Shown: positions 25,873-33,344 of the stretch, one piece after another | How the letters are laid out: each line of letters opens with the position of its first letter | Position numbering within the stretch: position 1 is the first letter of the stretch | NCBI GenBank assembly: GCA_965372715.1 | Contig: CBDVDH010000044.1 | Location: 1 to 33,344, forward strand | Origin: an uncultured bacterium | Lineage (GTDB): Bacteria > B130-G9 | DNA length: 33,344 nucleotides | Direction of reading: 5' to 3' | The notes under the pieces: generated by a model | Database searches by the model: none | The model's input: the letters and a program-made list of their open reading frames with translations, nothing else | Told to the model about the DNA's origin: nothing | Program-made: the position numbers and the translations under genes

Positions 25873-27369
25873 TCAGGTCGTGTCCCCTCTCCGCCCGAAT
25901 GAACCCCTGAAGAGGTATTTGAAGAAGGTCTTGGCGGCCTTCTTGGTCCGACTTATCTCGCTTGGATGTCGAATCATCTGAAGGGCCTTCCGAGCGATAT
26001 AGCTCGGCCTCAGGTAGAACTTCTGACGCGCCTCGTCACACCATTTGACCAGCTCCTCGCCCGAGAAGTCGACCGTCCTGACAACGCAGTTGTGCAAACC
26101 CTCGTCGGTCAGCCAGTCGGAGTATCTATCGACGGTCAGAAAGCCACCCGCCTGATACTCGTCGTAGAGCTCCGTCCCAGGATACACCATTATCGGATAG
26201 AACTGCGCGGTGTCGGGCGACAGTTCAAGGGCCAGATCAAGCGTTTTTTGCATCATCTCGCGCGTTTCTCCGGGCAGGCCAACCATAAAGCATCCGTGCA
26301 CCAGAATCCCCGCGCGCCTCGCGTCATCGGCGAAGGTGTGCATCATCTGAACCGTCGTCCCCTTGTGAATAGCATCCAGAAGCGCCTGAGAGCCGCTCTC
26401 GAAGCCGACGCAGACCATCCGGCACCCCGCCATCCTCATGGCCCTCAGTGTCTCGTAATCAACATCGGCGCGGCAGTTTGCTGTCCACGGAAACCTAATG
26501 CCACGCCTCTTCACAAGTTCACAGAACTCGATGCAGCGCCTCTTGTCCGCCGGCAGCGTGTCGTCCTCAAAGAATATCGATTTGGCGTTCGGGAAGTGCC
26601 TGATGACGTATTCCATCTCTTCGACAACGTTCTCCGGCGAACGAAATCGATAGCGCCGCCCGTGCATCGTCTGCGGATAAACGCAGAACGTGCAGCCGTT
26701 GGGACAGCCCCGGCCAGAATTGACCGTTACCATCGGATAGAGTGCGTTGGGGTTGAAATAGTCCTCTATCCGCAGGAATCTGTCATAAATCGGCGCCACG
26801 AAAGGCAGAGCGTCCAGGTCCTCGATTGGCTCTCTGCTTGCCGTCCTCACAAACTCGCCATCGTTGAGATATGCAACGCCCGGTATCGCGTCGAGCCTAA
26901 TCTCACCAGCGACCCATTTTGCCAAGTCCAAAACGGTATAATCGTATTCGCCGATGCAAAGCCCGTCGAGCGCGTCCGTGCTTCGCAGAGTCTCCTCAGG
27001 CCGCGCGGAGGGATGCGTCCCGACTGCAAAGACCCTGGTCTTGATCCGCGACTTGATCGCCTCGGCCACCTTGAGGTCGCTTTCGACGCTTGGCGTCACT
27101 ACATCCATTATCACCAGGTGAGGCGCAAAACCGGAGACCTTGTTGAGAACCTCTTCGAGCGCAATTCCCGTTGCGGGCGCGTCCCAGAGCTCCGCCTGAA
27201 CGCCTGCTTCCAGAAGAACGCCGGTCGCGTGAGCCAGCCAAATCGGGAAGTAAAGCGTCCCGCTCTTGGTTACCGCCGGGCTGCGCTGCGGCCGCGAGAA
27301 CTTCTTGAAATACGGCCCATTCAGCACCAGGACCCGAAGGTCATTAAGATTCTTCACATTCCTCTTCAT
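25873..27369 (-). CDS. B12-binding domain radical SAM protein
   Basis: N-terminal cobalamin-binding-like region (PIWLAHATG, VGTHPS, GEYD), then GRGCPNGCTFC, FEDDT, VGFESG and FMVGLPGET. Confidence 0.9.
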   Translation of the reverse strand: MKRNVKNLNDLRVLVLNGPYFKKFSRPQRSPAVTKSGTLYFPIWLAHATGVLLEAGVQAELWDAPATGIALEEVLNKVSGFAPHLVIMDVVTPSVESDLKVAEAIKSRIKTRVFAVGTHPSARPEETLRSTDALDGLCIGEYDYTVLDLAKWVAGEIRLDAIPGVAYLNDGEFVRTASREPIEDLDALPFVAPIYDRFLRIEDYFNPNALYPMVTVNSGRGCPNGCTFCVYPQTMHGRRYRFRSPENVVEEMEYVIRHFPNAKSIFFEDDTLPADKRRCIEFCELVKRRGIRFPWTANCRADVDYETLRAMRMAGCRMVCVGFESGSQALLDAIHKGTTVQMMHTFADDARRAGILVHGCFMVGLPGETREMMQKTLDLALELSPDTAQFYPIMVYPGTELYDEYQAGGFLTVDRYSDWLTDEGLHNCVVRTVDFSGEELVKWCDEARQKFYLRPSYIARKALQMIRHPSEISRTKKAAKTFFKYLFRGSFGRRGDTT

Positions 27370-27527
27370 GCAACGTCACCAACCTGTTTGAGGCGGGCTT
27401 TCTAGCCCGCCAAGATTCCCACCATAGAAACTGATTCGCGACAGCAACCTATAGCAAGGTGAGGATTTGGTCAAGCACGGCGTGGGGCCCCTAAAAATCA
27501 TATCGGGGCGAACGAAGAGGGTTTTTG

Positions 27528-27696
27528 GGAGTGCGGCGGCCTGACGCCGCTTTTCTTGGCGGTGACCTGGCACCGCCTTCTCAAGACTGCGTTATGAGCG
27601 GTCAGGTGGGTGATCTGGAAAACGCAAGATCATCGTTAGATCAGATGCCGCGTCAGGCCGCAGCAAGTGAAAGCGGTGCCAGGTCACCGCACTCCA
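27528..27696. repeat. GGAG-type REP-like composite inverted repeat (4 palindromic units)
   Basis: GGAGTGCGGCGGCCTGACGCCGCTTT ... GCGGTGACCTGGCACCGC ... GCCGCGTCAGGCCGCAGC ... AAAGCGGTGCCAGGTCACCGCACTCCA. Confidence 0.75.
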
Positions 27697-27969
27697 GAGC
27701 ACCCAACGGGTGCAAGACGCATCGCTACTGTATCCAACAAGAACAGCCCTTTGAACGGCTCAAGCGACTTCAAGATATGATGTCAGCGACCGTCAATCTG
27801 ATTTTTCGGGGGGGAGGAGTTCTCGATAGAACAGAGACTCATCCTCTCAAGAATTGTCGCTTGACCGTTTGAACTCGAACGTTGAACCTTTGGGTTTGAG
27901 GGCCTAGCTGGTCGGAGGCTTTTGCGAGTATTCAACCTGAGACTTAGAACGCGAAACCGGAAGCTGCGA

Positions 27970-29298
27970 ATGAGATCAGTGGCATTTTTGACGCTAGGCT
28001 GCAAGCTGAACCAATTCGAGAGCGCGGCTATGGCGGGCCAGCTCGAGGAGGCGGGATTTGAGATAATCGATCCTAAGCGGCCGGCGGACGTTTATATCAT
28101 CAACACGTGCACGGTTACGGGCAAGACCGATCACAGGAGCCGCGCCGCCGTCCGTCGTGCTCAGCGGCTCAATCTTGACGCGGTAATCGTCGTTGCGGGG
28201 TGCTACTGCAAGGTCGCGCCGGACGAGGTCGAGGCGCTGCCCGGGGTTGACCTCATAATCGGGAATGCCGAGAAGACGAAGATCGTCGCGCTTGTGCGAG
28301 GGCTTTTCGGAGGCCGAGAGCCATTTTCGGGTAGTCAAAGGTCGGCAATCCGCGATCCGCGATCCGCAATCCGCAATCGGGCGCCGATGATCGTGCGGTT
28401 TTTCGATTATTCGCGCGCTTTCGTGAAGGTTCAGGAGGGCTGCGACTCACAGTGCGCTTATTGCATCATCCCGAGGGCAAGAGGCCCGAACAGCAGTATG
28501 TCGCCCGATTGGGTCATAAAGCAGGTTCAGAAGCTGGTCGGCGCGGGATACCAGGAGGTCGTCCTGTGTGGGACGCATCTGGGGACTTATGGCCTCGACC
28601 TTGCCCAAGGGCCGACATTTACAGATATGCTGAAACGCATCCTTGAAGAGACGTCCGTCCCGCGCGTCCGCCTGAGCTCGATCGAGCCGATGGAGTTCGA
28701 CGCCGAGCTGAGGGAGGCAATCGTATCGTCTAACAGAATCTGCCGACATCTACACATCCCGCTTCAGAGTGGCTGCGACGCCGTTCTGAAGGCGATGAAC
28801 CGCGGCTATTCAACGGACGATTACAGAGAACTGATTGACTGGTTCAAGGCAAAATGCCCTGGGATGTGCATCGGGGCGGATGTGATCGTTGGCTTCCCAG
28901 CTGAGACTGAGGCGCAGTTTGAGGCGACGCTCGCGTTCATTAGGAGCATCAGTCTTTCCTACCTGCACGTCTTCTCGTATTCTGTTCGGCCAGGGACGCC
29001 CGCAGCAAGGGACTATACGACCCGCCAGCAAGTGCCGCCGGAGGAGATCAAGCGGCGAAGCAGAGCGCTTCGCGCCGAGAGTCGGGCAAAACGGCTCAGG
29101 TTCAGCCAGGCGCTTCTGGGAACGACGCTGGACGTGCTGGTGCTCAAGAGAACCGACGAGCGGACGGGGAGGCGCCTTGCTCTTTCCGACAACTACGTCA
29201 ATGTCTTGGTCGATGCGGACGAGTCCCTTGCGGGGCAGATAATCCCCGCTCGCATCACCTGTGTAACTGAAGACGCGGTGATGGGGGAGCCCCAGTGA
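27970..29298 (+). CDS. mtaB: tRNA t6A37 methylthiotransferase MtaB
   Basis: TLGCKLNQFES, INTCTVT, VAGCY, KVQEGCDSQCAYCIIP, RLSSIEP, HLHIPLQSG and LHVFSYSVRPGT. Confidence 0.92.
   Translation: MRSVAFLTLGCKLNQFESAAMAGQLEEAGFEIIDPKRPADVYIINTCTVTGKTDHRSRAAVRRAQRLNLDAVIVVAGCYCKVAPDEVEALPGVDLIIGNAEKTKIVALVRGLFGGREPFSGSQRSAIRDPRSAIRNRAPMIVRFFDYSRAFVKVQEGCDSQCAYCIIPRARGPNSSMSPDWVIKQVQKLVGAGYQEVVLCGTHLGTYGLDLAQGPTFTDMLKRILEETSVPRVRLSSIEPMEFDAELREAIVSSNRICRHLHIPLQSGCDAVLKAMNRGYSTDDYRELIDWFKAKCPGMCIGADVIVGFPAETEAQFEATLAFIRSISLSYLHVFSYSVRPGTPAARDYTTRQQVPPEEIKRRSRALRAESRAKRLRFSQALLGTTLDVLVLKRTDERTGRRLALSDNYVNVLVDADESLAGQIIPARITCVTEDAVMGEPQ
28345..28379. repeat. Heptamer tandem repeat GC(A/G)ATCC, 5 units, inside mtaB
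   Basis: gcaatcc gcgatcc gcgatcc gcaatcc gcaatcg, encoding AIRDPRSAIRNR. Confidence 0.85.
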
Positions 29299-29340
29299 TG
29301 TGTCGCAGCACTTGCGGACATCTCCAGCCCTCGACCCCAC

Positions 29341-29375
29341 AACTTCGAACCCGGAACTTGAAACTCGGAACTAGC
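29341..29375. repeat. Degenerate heptamer tandem repeat (AACTTGA family), intergenic
   Basis: aacttcg aacccgg aacttga aactcgg aactagc. Confidence 0.65.
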
Positions 29376-29524
29376 GGGCTTGCCCGCCTCGACTTTGGAC
29401 TAATTGTCATTTGCGAACCCGCAGTGAAACTATTGACGCAACTGGCGTGTTTGCACTACAGGGCTATGTAAGTAGCTACGGCTGCGAGCAGTGATTGCGG
29501 GCGGAATGCAATTGAGGTGATCAG

Positions 29525-30259
29525 TTGAGGAAGAAGAGAACAAGCGCGGAACAGAAAGACGGGTTCATGGGCCCGGTCGCACAGCGGCTGGTTGAATACG
29601 TGGAGGTCGCGGCGATTGCGATACTTCTGGCGTTCTTTCTGAGGACTTTCGTTGTGCAGGCGTTCATGATACCGACCGGCTCGATGGAGAACACGCTTCT
29701 GCGAGGAGACCATATCCTGGTCAACAGGATGATCTACAGTTCAGAGGGCTTAGGCCCACTGAAGTGGATTCTGCCCGTGCGCGAGCCCGAGCGGCTGGAC
29801 ATCATGGTCTTCAAGAACCCGACCAAGTTGGAGCAGGATTACATCAAGCGTATGGTCGCCATGCCAGGCGATGCCGTCGCTTATGAGGCAAAACGGCTCT
29901 CGGTCAACGGAGTCGGGGCGGCCCATGGCTTTGAGCGGCACGGGAGCCCCTGGGTGATCCCTCGTGACAGGGACAAGAGAGACTTCTTTGGTCCGCTTGA
30001 CGTTCCAGAGGGTCACTACTTCATGATGGGGGACAACCGGGACAACAGCAAGGACTCGAGGTACTGGGGCCCTCTTGACGCGGCTCTGGTCAAGGGTAGA
30101 GCTTTTTTGGTCTACTTCTCATGGATGCCTTCCAACCTGGCATTTCAGGACAAAAGCCACGCGGAAAGGCCGCATTCTCTGGCGGAATCAGTATGGTTCA
30201 ACATAACCCATCTTGGCGACAGGCTGCGCCTCGGGCGGACGCTGAACGTCATAAGATAG
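29525..30259 (+). CDS. lepB: Signal peptidase I
   Basis: FMIPTGSMENTLLRGDHILVN, DYIKRM and MGDNRDNSKDSRYWG. GAGGTGA RBS precedes the TTG start. Confidence 0.95.
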   Translation: MRKKRTSAEQKDGFMGPVAQRLVEYVEVAAIAILLAFFLRTFVVQAFMIPTGSMENTLLRGDHILVNRMIYSSEGLGPLKWILPVREPERLDIMVFKNPTKLEQDYIKRMVAMPGDAVAYEAKRLSVNGVGAAHGFERHGSPWVIPRDRDKRDFFGPLDVPEGHYFMMGDNRDNSKDSRYWGPLDAALVKGRAFLVYFSWMPSNLAFQDKSHAERPHSLAESVWFNITHLGDRLRLGRTLNVIR

Positions 30260-32173
30260 CGGGAAGGCGATCTCGTCCAGACGTGCGTCGAGGCTCGCCT
30301 GGGGATTGAAATTGGGGATGACTTCCCTGATTATCTCGATTATCTCCTCCTTGCTTCCCCAATGAACAGCCCACCACAGCCTGTCCATCGCCGAGTCGAG
30401 ATCGACGTTGACGGGCATCTGCGATGCGGCCACGTTGATCTTGGGGTGAACCGTCACGCGCACCGTCTCGTCCTCGGACCACAGCGTCTCGGCTATCTTT
30501 TCGCCTTGCCTCAGTCCGGTATATCTGATCTGGACCTTGCGCTGCCTGGGCGTTGAGTAGAGGCTTATCAGGTCCTCAGCGAGGTCCTTAATCCTGATCG
30601 GTTTGCCCATGTCAAGAACTTGCACCTCACCGTTCTTGGCCAAAACAGTCGCCTGAGTTATCAGCTGCACCGCCTCATAGATGGTCATGAAATAGCGCTT
30701 CGCCTCCGGATGCGTTATGGTGACCGGCCCGCCGTTCCTTATCTGCTCCTCAAAAATCGGGACAACGCTTCCCTGGCTGCCCAGAACATTACCGAATCTA
30801 ACGGCCACAAACCTGCCCTTCTCGCCCTCGCCGTAGCGCCGTGTGAGGACCTCGCAGAGCTTCTTTGAGGCGCCCATGAAGTTGACCGGCTCAACCGCCT
30901 TGTCGCTTGAGATGAGCACAAAGCTCTGAACGCCGGAGTTCTTGGCTTCTCGGAGCAGGTTGAGCGTCCCGAAGACGTTGTTCCTGATGGCGCGCCTGAA
31001 GTTGACGTCCATAAGCGGCGCGTGCTTGTGCGCCGCGGCGTGGAAGACTACGTCAGGCCTTTGACGCGCAAAGAGAGCCTTTATCGCGGACGCGTTGCAT
31101 ATATCCTCCACAACGGGGCAGATCGCGCAGGACAGGTGCTTTCCCAGGAGCTCGCGGTGCAGGTTGAAGATAGCCGTCTCATCGATATCGAGAAGCACCA
31201 GCTTTTCGGGGCTGTATGCGCCTATTTGGCGGGCGAGCTCCGACCCGATGGAGCCGCCGGCCCCCGTTATGAGCACGCGCTTGCAGTAAAGGCTCTTCTT
31301 GACGGTCGAAAGGTCTATCTCGACCGGGTCCCGGTGTAGCAAATCCTCGACGCGTATCGGTCGGATCTGCTCCAGCCGGACCGTGCCATCGATTATCTCC
31401 TTCAACGCCGGAACGATCTGAACCTCAACGTCGAAGCCCCGGCAGTAATCCACAATGCCCCGTATCCTGTCCCCGGACGTGGAGGGAATCGCGATGATAA
31501 CGTGGCCTATCTGCTCGCGCTCGATTATCTCAGGGAGCGAGTGCCTGTCCCCCTTGACCCGCACACCTTTGACTCGCATGCCGATTTTTGCCGCGTCATC
31601 ATCGATGAACCCTACGAGCCTCAGGCCCAAGTCGGGGTGCTTGAACATCTCCTCGCAAACCATCTCGCCCGCCTCGCCCGCGCCGACAATCAACGTCGCG
31701 ACTGCGCCTCTTCTGGCCGCCGACCTCCTGTTTCGAACGGAGACAATGAGCCTGAAGAGCGAGAGGAGACAGATGAGTAGCAGTGTATCGACCACGCCCA
31801 ACCTCAGCGCAAACAAGTCCTTCGACGCGGCGAAATACGACGCATAAAAGAGCAACGAGCCGAACGTCACGGTTTTGGCTAGCCGCTCGACGTCCCGCAA
31901 CGTGAAAACGCTCCACCTCTGCCGCGGCACGCCCAAGACCGCGAACGAGGCGGCACGCACCAAGATCACACCGCCGAGTAGTGGAAGGAACTTGGCCCAC
32001 AGAACCGAGGCGCCCGCCCCCGAAGCAACCAAGATCATCCCGAGGACAAAGCTCACTGCGGCAAGAAAAAGATCGGACATGAACTTGACCGCTGCTCTGA
32101 GAGCGCTTGAAGAGTTCATTTTTGAGAAGGCCCCTCTTCGCAAAGCGTATCGATTGTCTTTTGGACTACACAT
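30188..32173 (-). CDS. CapD/PglF-type membrane-bound nucleotide-sugar dehydratase
   Basis: N-terminal TM helices, then IVGAGEAG, ITGAGGSIGSEL, FHAAAHKH, SSDKAVEPVNFMGASK and VRFGNVLGSQGSVVP. The start may instead be 32119 or 32080. Confidence 0.93.
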   Translation of the reverse strand: MCSPKDNRYALRRGAFSKMNSSSALRAAVKFMSDLFLAAVSFVLGMILVASGAGASVLWAKFLPLLGGVILVRAASFAVLGVPRQRWSVFTLRDVERLAKTVTFGSLLFYASYFAASKDLFALRLGVVDTLLLICLLSLFRLIVSVRNRRSAARRGAVATLIVGAGEAGEMVCEEMFKHPDLGLRLVGFIDDDAAKIGMRVKGVRVKGDRHSLPEIIEREQIGHVIIAIPSTSGDRIRGIVDYCRGFDVEVQIVPALKEIIDGTVRLEQIRPIRVEDLLHRDPVEIDLSTVKKSLYCKRVLITGAGGSIGSELARQIGAYSPEKLVLLDIDETAIFNLHRELLGKHLSCAICPVVEDICNASAIKALFARQRPDVVFHAAAHKHAPLMDVNFRRAIRNNVFGTLNLLREAKNSGVQSFVLISSDKAVEPVNFMGASKKLCEVLTRRYGEGEKGRFVAVRFGNVLGSQGSVVPIFEEQIRNGGPVTITHPEAKRYFMTIYEAVQLITQATVLAKNGEVQVLDMGKPIRIKDLAEDLISLYSTPRQRKVQIRYTGLRQGEKIAETLWSEDETVRVTVHPKINVAASQMPVNVDLDSAMDRLWWAVHWGSKEEIIEIIREVIPNFNPQASLDARLDEIAFPLSYDVQRPPEAQPVAKMGYVEPY

Positions 32174-32194
32174 CCACCACTGCAGTTTTCCCTA

Positions 32195-32223
32195 TAATCG
32201 GAAATCCGGCGCCCATTCTTTAG
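32195..32223 (-). promoter_or_regulatory. Putative sigma28 (FliA) promoter upstream of the CapD-like gene
   Basis: Minus strand reads C-TAAA-N16-TCCGATTA, the same CTAAAG...CCGAT spacing as the motif before flgM. Confidence 0.5.
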
Positions 32224-32300
32224 TCCAAGTCACACCTCGATGAGACGGACCGGGCCTTAAATGTGCATCACGATCTGCGCTGTGGGCGGTGTCGGGCACC

Positions 32301-32374
32301 GTAGGGGCGGCTCACGAGCCGCCCTCTTCTGATTTAACCGAACGCGCGGAGGGCGGCTCGTGAGCCGTCCCCAC
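32301..32374. repeat. Inverted REP-like pair (GTAG/GTGG type)
   Basis: GTAGGGGCGGCTCACGAGCCGCCCT ... AGGGCGGCTCGTGAGCCGTCCCCAC. Confidence 0.85.
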
Positions 32375-32580
32375 AGGGGCTATCACGCGTCCCGTAACCA
32401 CATTTTCAACGGCGAGGCGGGCAGACGCACAGCAAGACTTGTGACACTGCCTTGATGGCTCAATGGCCGAGGCGCGTAACAAGGCGGTGCGCCAACGCCC
32501 GGACCCTGCACGCGGCTATGCCCACGATAAGGATGACCAGCCGCACAAGCCTCATCGGCGGATTCTCGCGGGCATGGCCG

Positions 32581-33273
32581 TTAGACGGCGAAGCCGCGAC
32601 GGATTTCCGCCGCTCTGCTCTCAAGGTACTTCTCAAGGGTGCGCCGGTCATCATCGGAAATGGTAGTGAATGCAACCGCACAACTGACGGCGGTCATCCT
32701 GACAACCCTGGCGTTCACCCGAATGCTCCTTTTGGGCAGCTTCAGCTGCATCCCCTCTATCGTCTTGCCAGCTTCGAGAATGGGCGCGCGGACTTTGGAA
32801 ACGAAGAGCGCGCCGCCGACCGAGATATCGGTGACATTGCCCAAAATGGCGTTGTCATCCACGACGAGGTACACTCTCACTGGCTCACCGGGCGATGGTT
32901 CCACGCGGAAATGACTCCTCGATCGCGCGAGGACGGCGCTTTCTGGAAACGCTATCTTCCAAAGCCAATCCTTGTCTTCTTTCCAGCCTTTTTCAAACGC
33001 GGCCGTGAAACTGACCAGAAAGTCGCCTTTGGCAAACGAGACCGAAATAAACCGGTTGGAACTTAGCAGCTCGTTCCCGTAGCCCGGAAACAACGACTCA
33101 AGAACTAGATGCTGCTTTGACAGGTCAGTTTGGTCTGAGAAACGGGACTGGAGTCTCAGAGCGAAGGCCTCGATCTGGACGTTCAGGGACAGACCTTCAT
33201 TCGCGGCGTAGGCAAGCAAACGCCTCACATTGTCAGGTTTCGAGAATGTTCTGGACCAACCTTCAGTGCTCAT
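32581..33273 (-). CDS. PilZ-domain protein with N-terminal extension (YcgR/flagellar brake-like architecture)
   Basis: RSHFR (RxxxR), DISVGG (DxSxxG), and ARVVR...AVAF, preceded by an N-terminal domain of about 115 aa. Confidence 0.85.
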   Translation of the reverse strand: MSTEGWSRTFSKPDNVRRLLAYAANEGLSLNVQIEAFALRLQSRFSDQTDLSKQHLVLESLFPGYGNELLSSNRFISVSFAKGDFLVSFTAAFEKGWKEDKDWLWKIAFPESAVLARSRSHFRVEPSPGEPVRVYLVVDDNAILGNVTDISVGGALFVSKVRAPILEAGKTIEGMQLKLPKRSIRVNARVVRMTAVSCAVAFTTISDDDRRTLEKYLESRAAEIRRGFAV

Positions 33274-33344
33274 GCCGCCAAAAAAGGAACCTATTTCGGT
33301 GGGTTTCGATCAATTCTGGCGCCACCTCGCGCGGAACCTTCTCA

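Noticed and set aside
25966-27405. 479-aa plus-strand ORF
   Set aside because: It is antisense to the radical SAM gene and has no recognisable motifs, as expected for a shadow ORF in GC-rich DNA.
32460-32555. 31-aa minus-strand ORF MRLVRLVILIVGIAACRVRALAHRLVTRLGH after the PilZ gene
   Set aside because: It has no clear RBS or family motif and is too short to support.
32452-33066. 204-aa plus-strand ORF
   Set aside because: It is largely antisense to the PilZ gene, which has clear motifs.
33309-33324. Sigma54-like TGGCGC-N5-TTGAT upstream of the second PilZ gene
   Set aside because: The -12 element reads GA instead of the conserved GC, and the site is at the window edge.

Overview
A GC-rich bacterial chromosomal window with no rRNA, tRNA, CRISPR array or intact transposase that I can see. 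It holds five blocks. (1) A minus-strand flagellar operon, flgF-flgG-flgA-flgH-flgI-flgJ-flgM-flgN-flgK-flgL, with a sigma54-type promoter before flgF and a sigma28-type motif before flgM. (2) A plus-strand run: DUF1015 protein, small membrane protein, FapA/DUF342 protein lacking its N-terminal domain, PilZ protein, TPR lipoprotein and murA. (3) An orphan ecfT and a 1778-aa secreted protein with beta-sandwich repeats, five FN3-like repeats and a distinctive C-terminal domain. (4) A 2.3-kb co-oriented toxin-antitoxin mosaic in which most antitoxin-like genes are intact while four of five recognisable toxins are truncated or frameshifted. (5) rlpA, a B12-binding radical SAM gene, mtaB, lepB, a CapD/PglF-like sugar dehydratase preceded by the same sigma28-type motif as flgM, and a second PilZ gene. 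REP-like palindrome pairs and heptamer tandem repeats are scattered through the window, some inside coding sequences. All family calls come from recognising motifs by eye, with no database searches.
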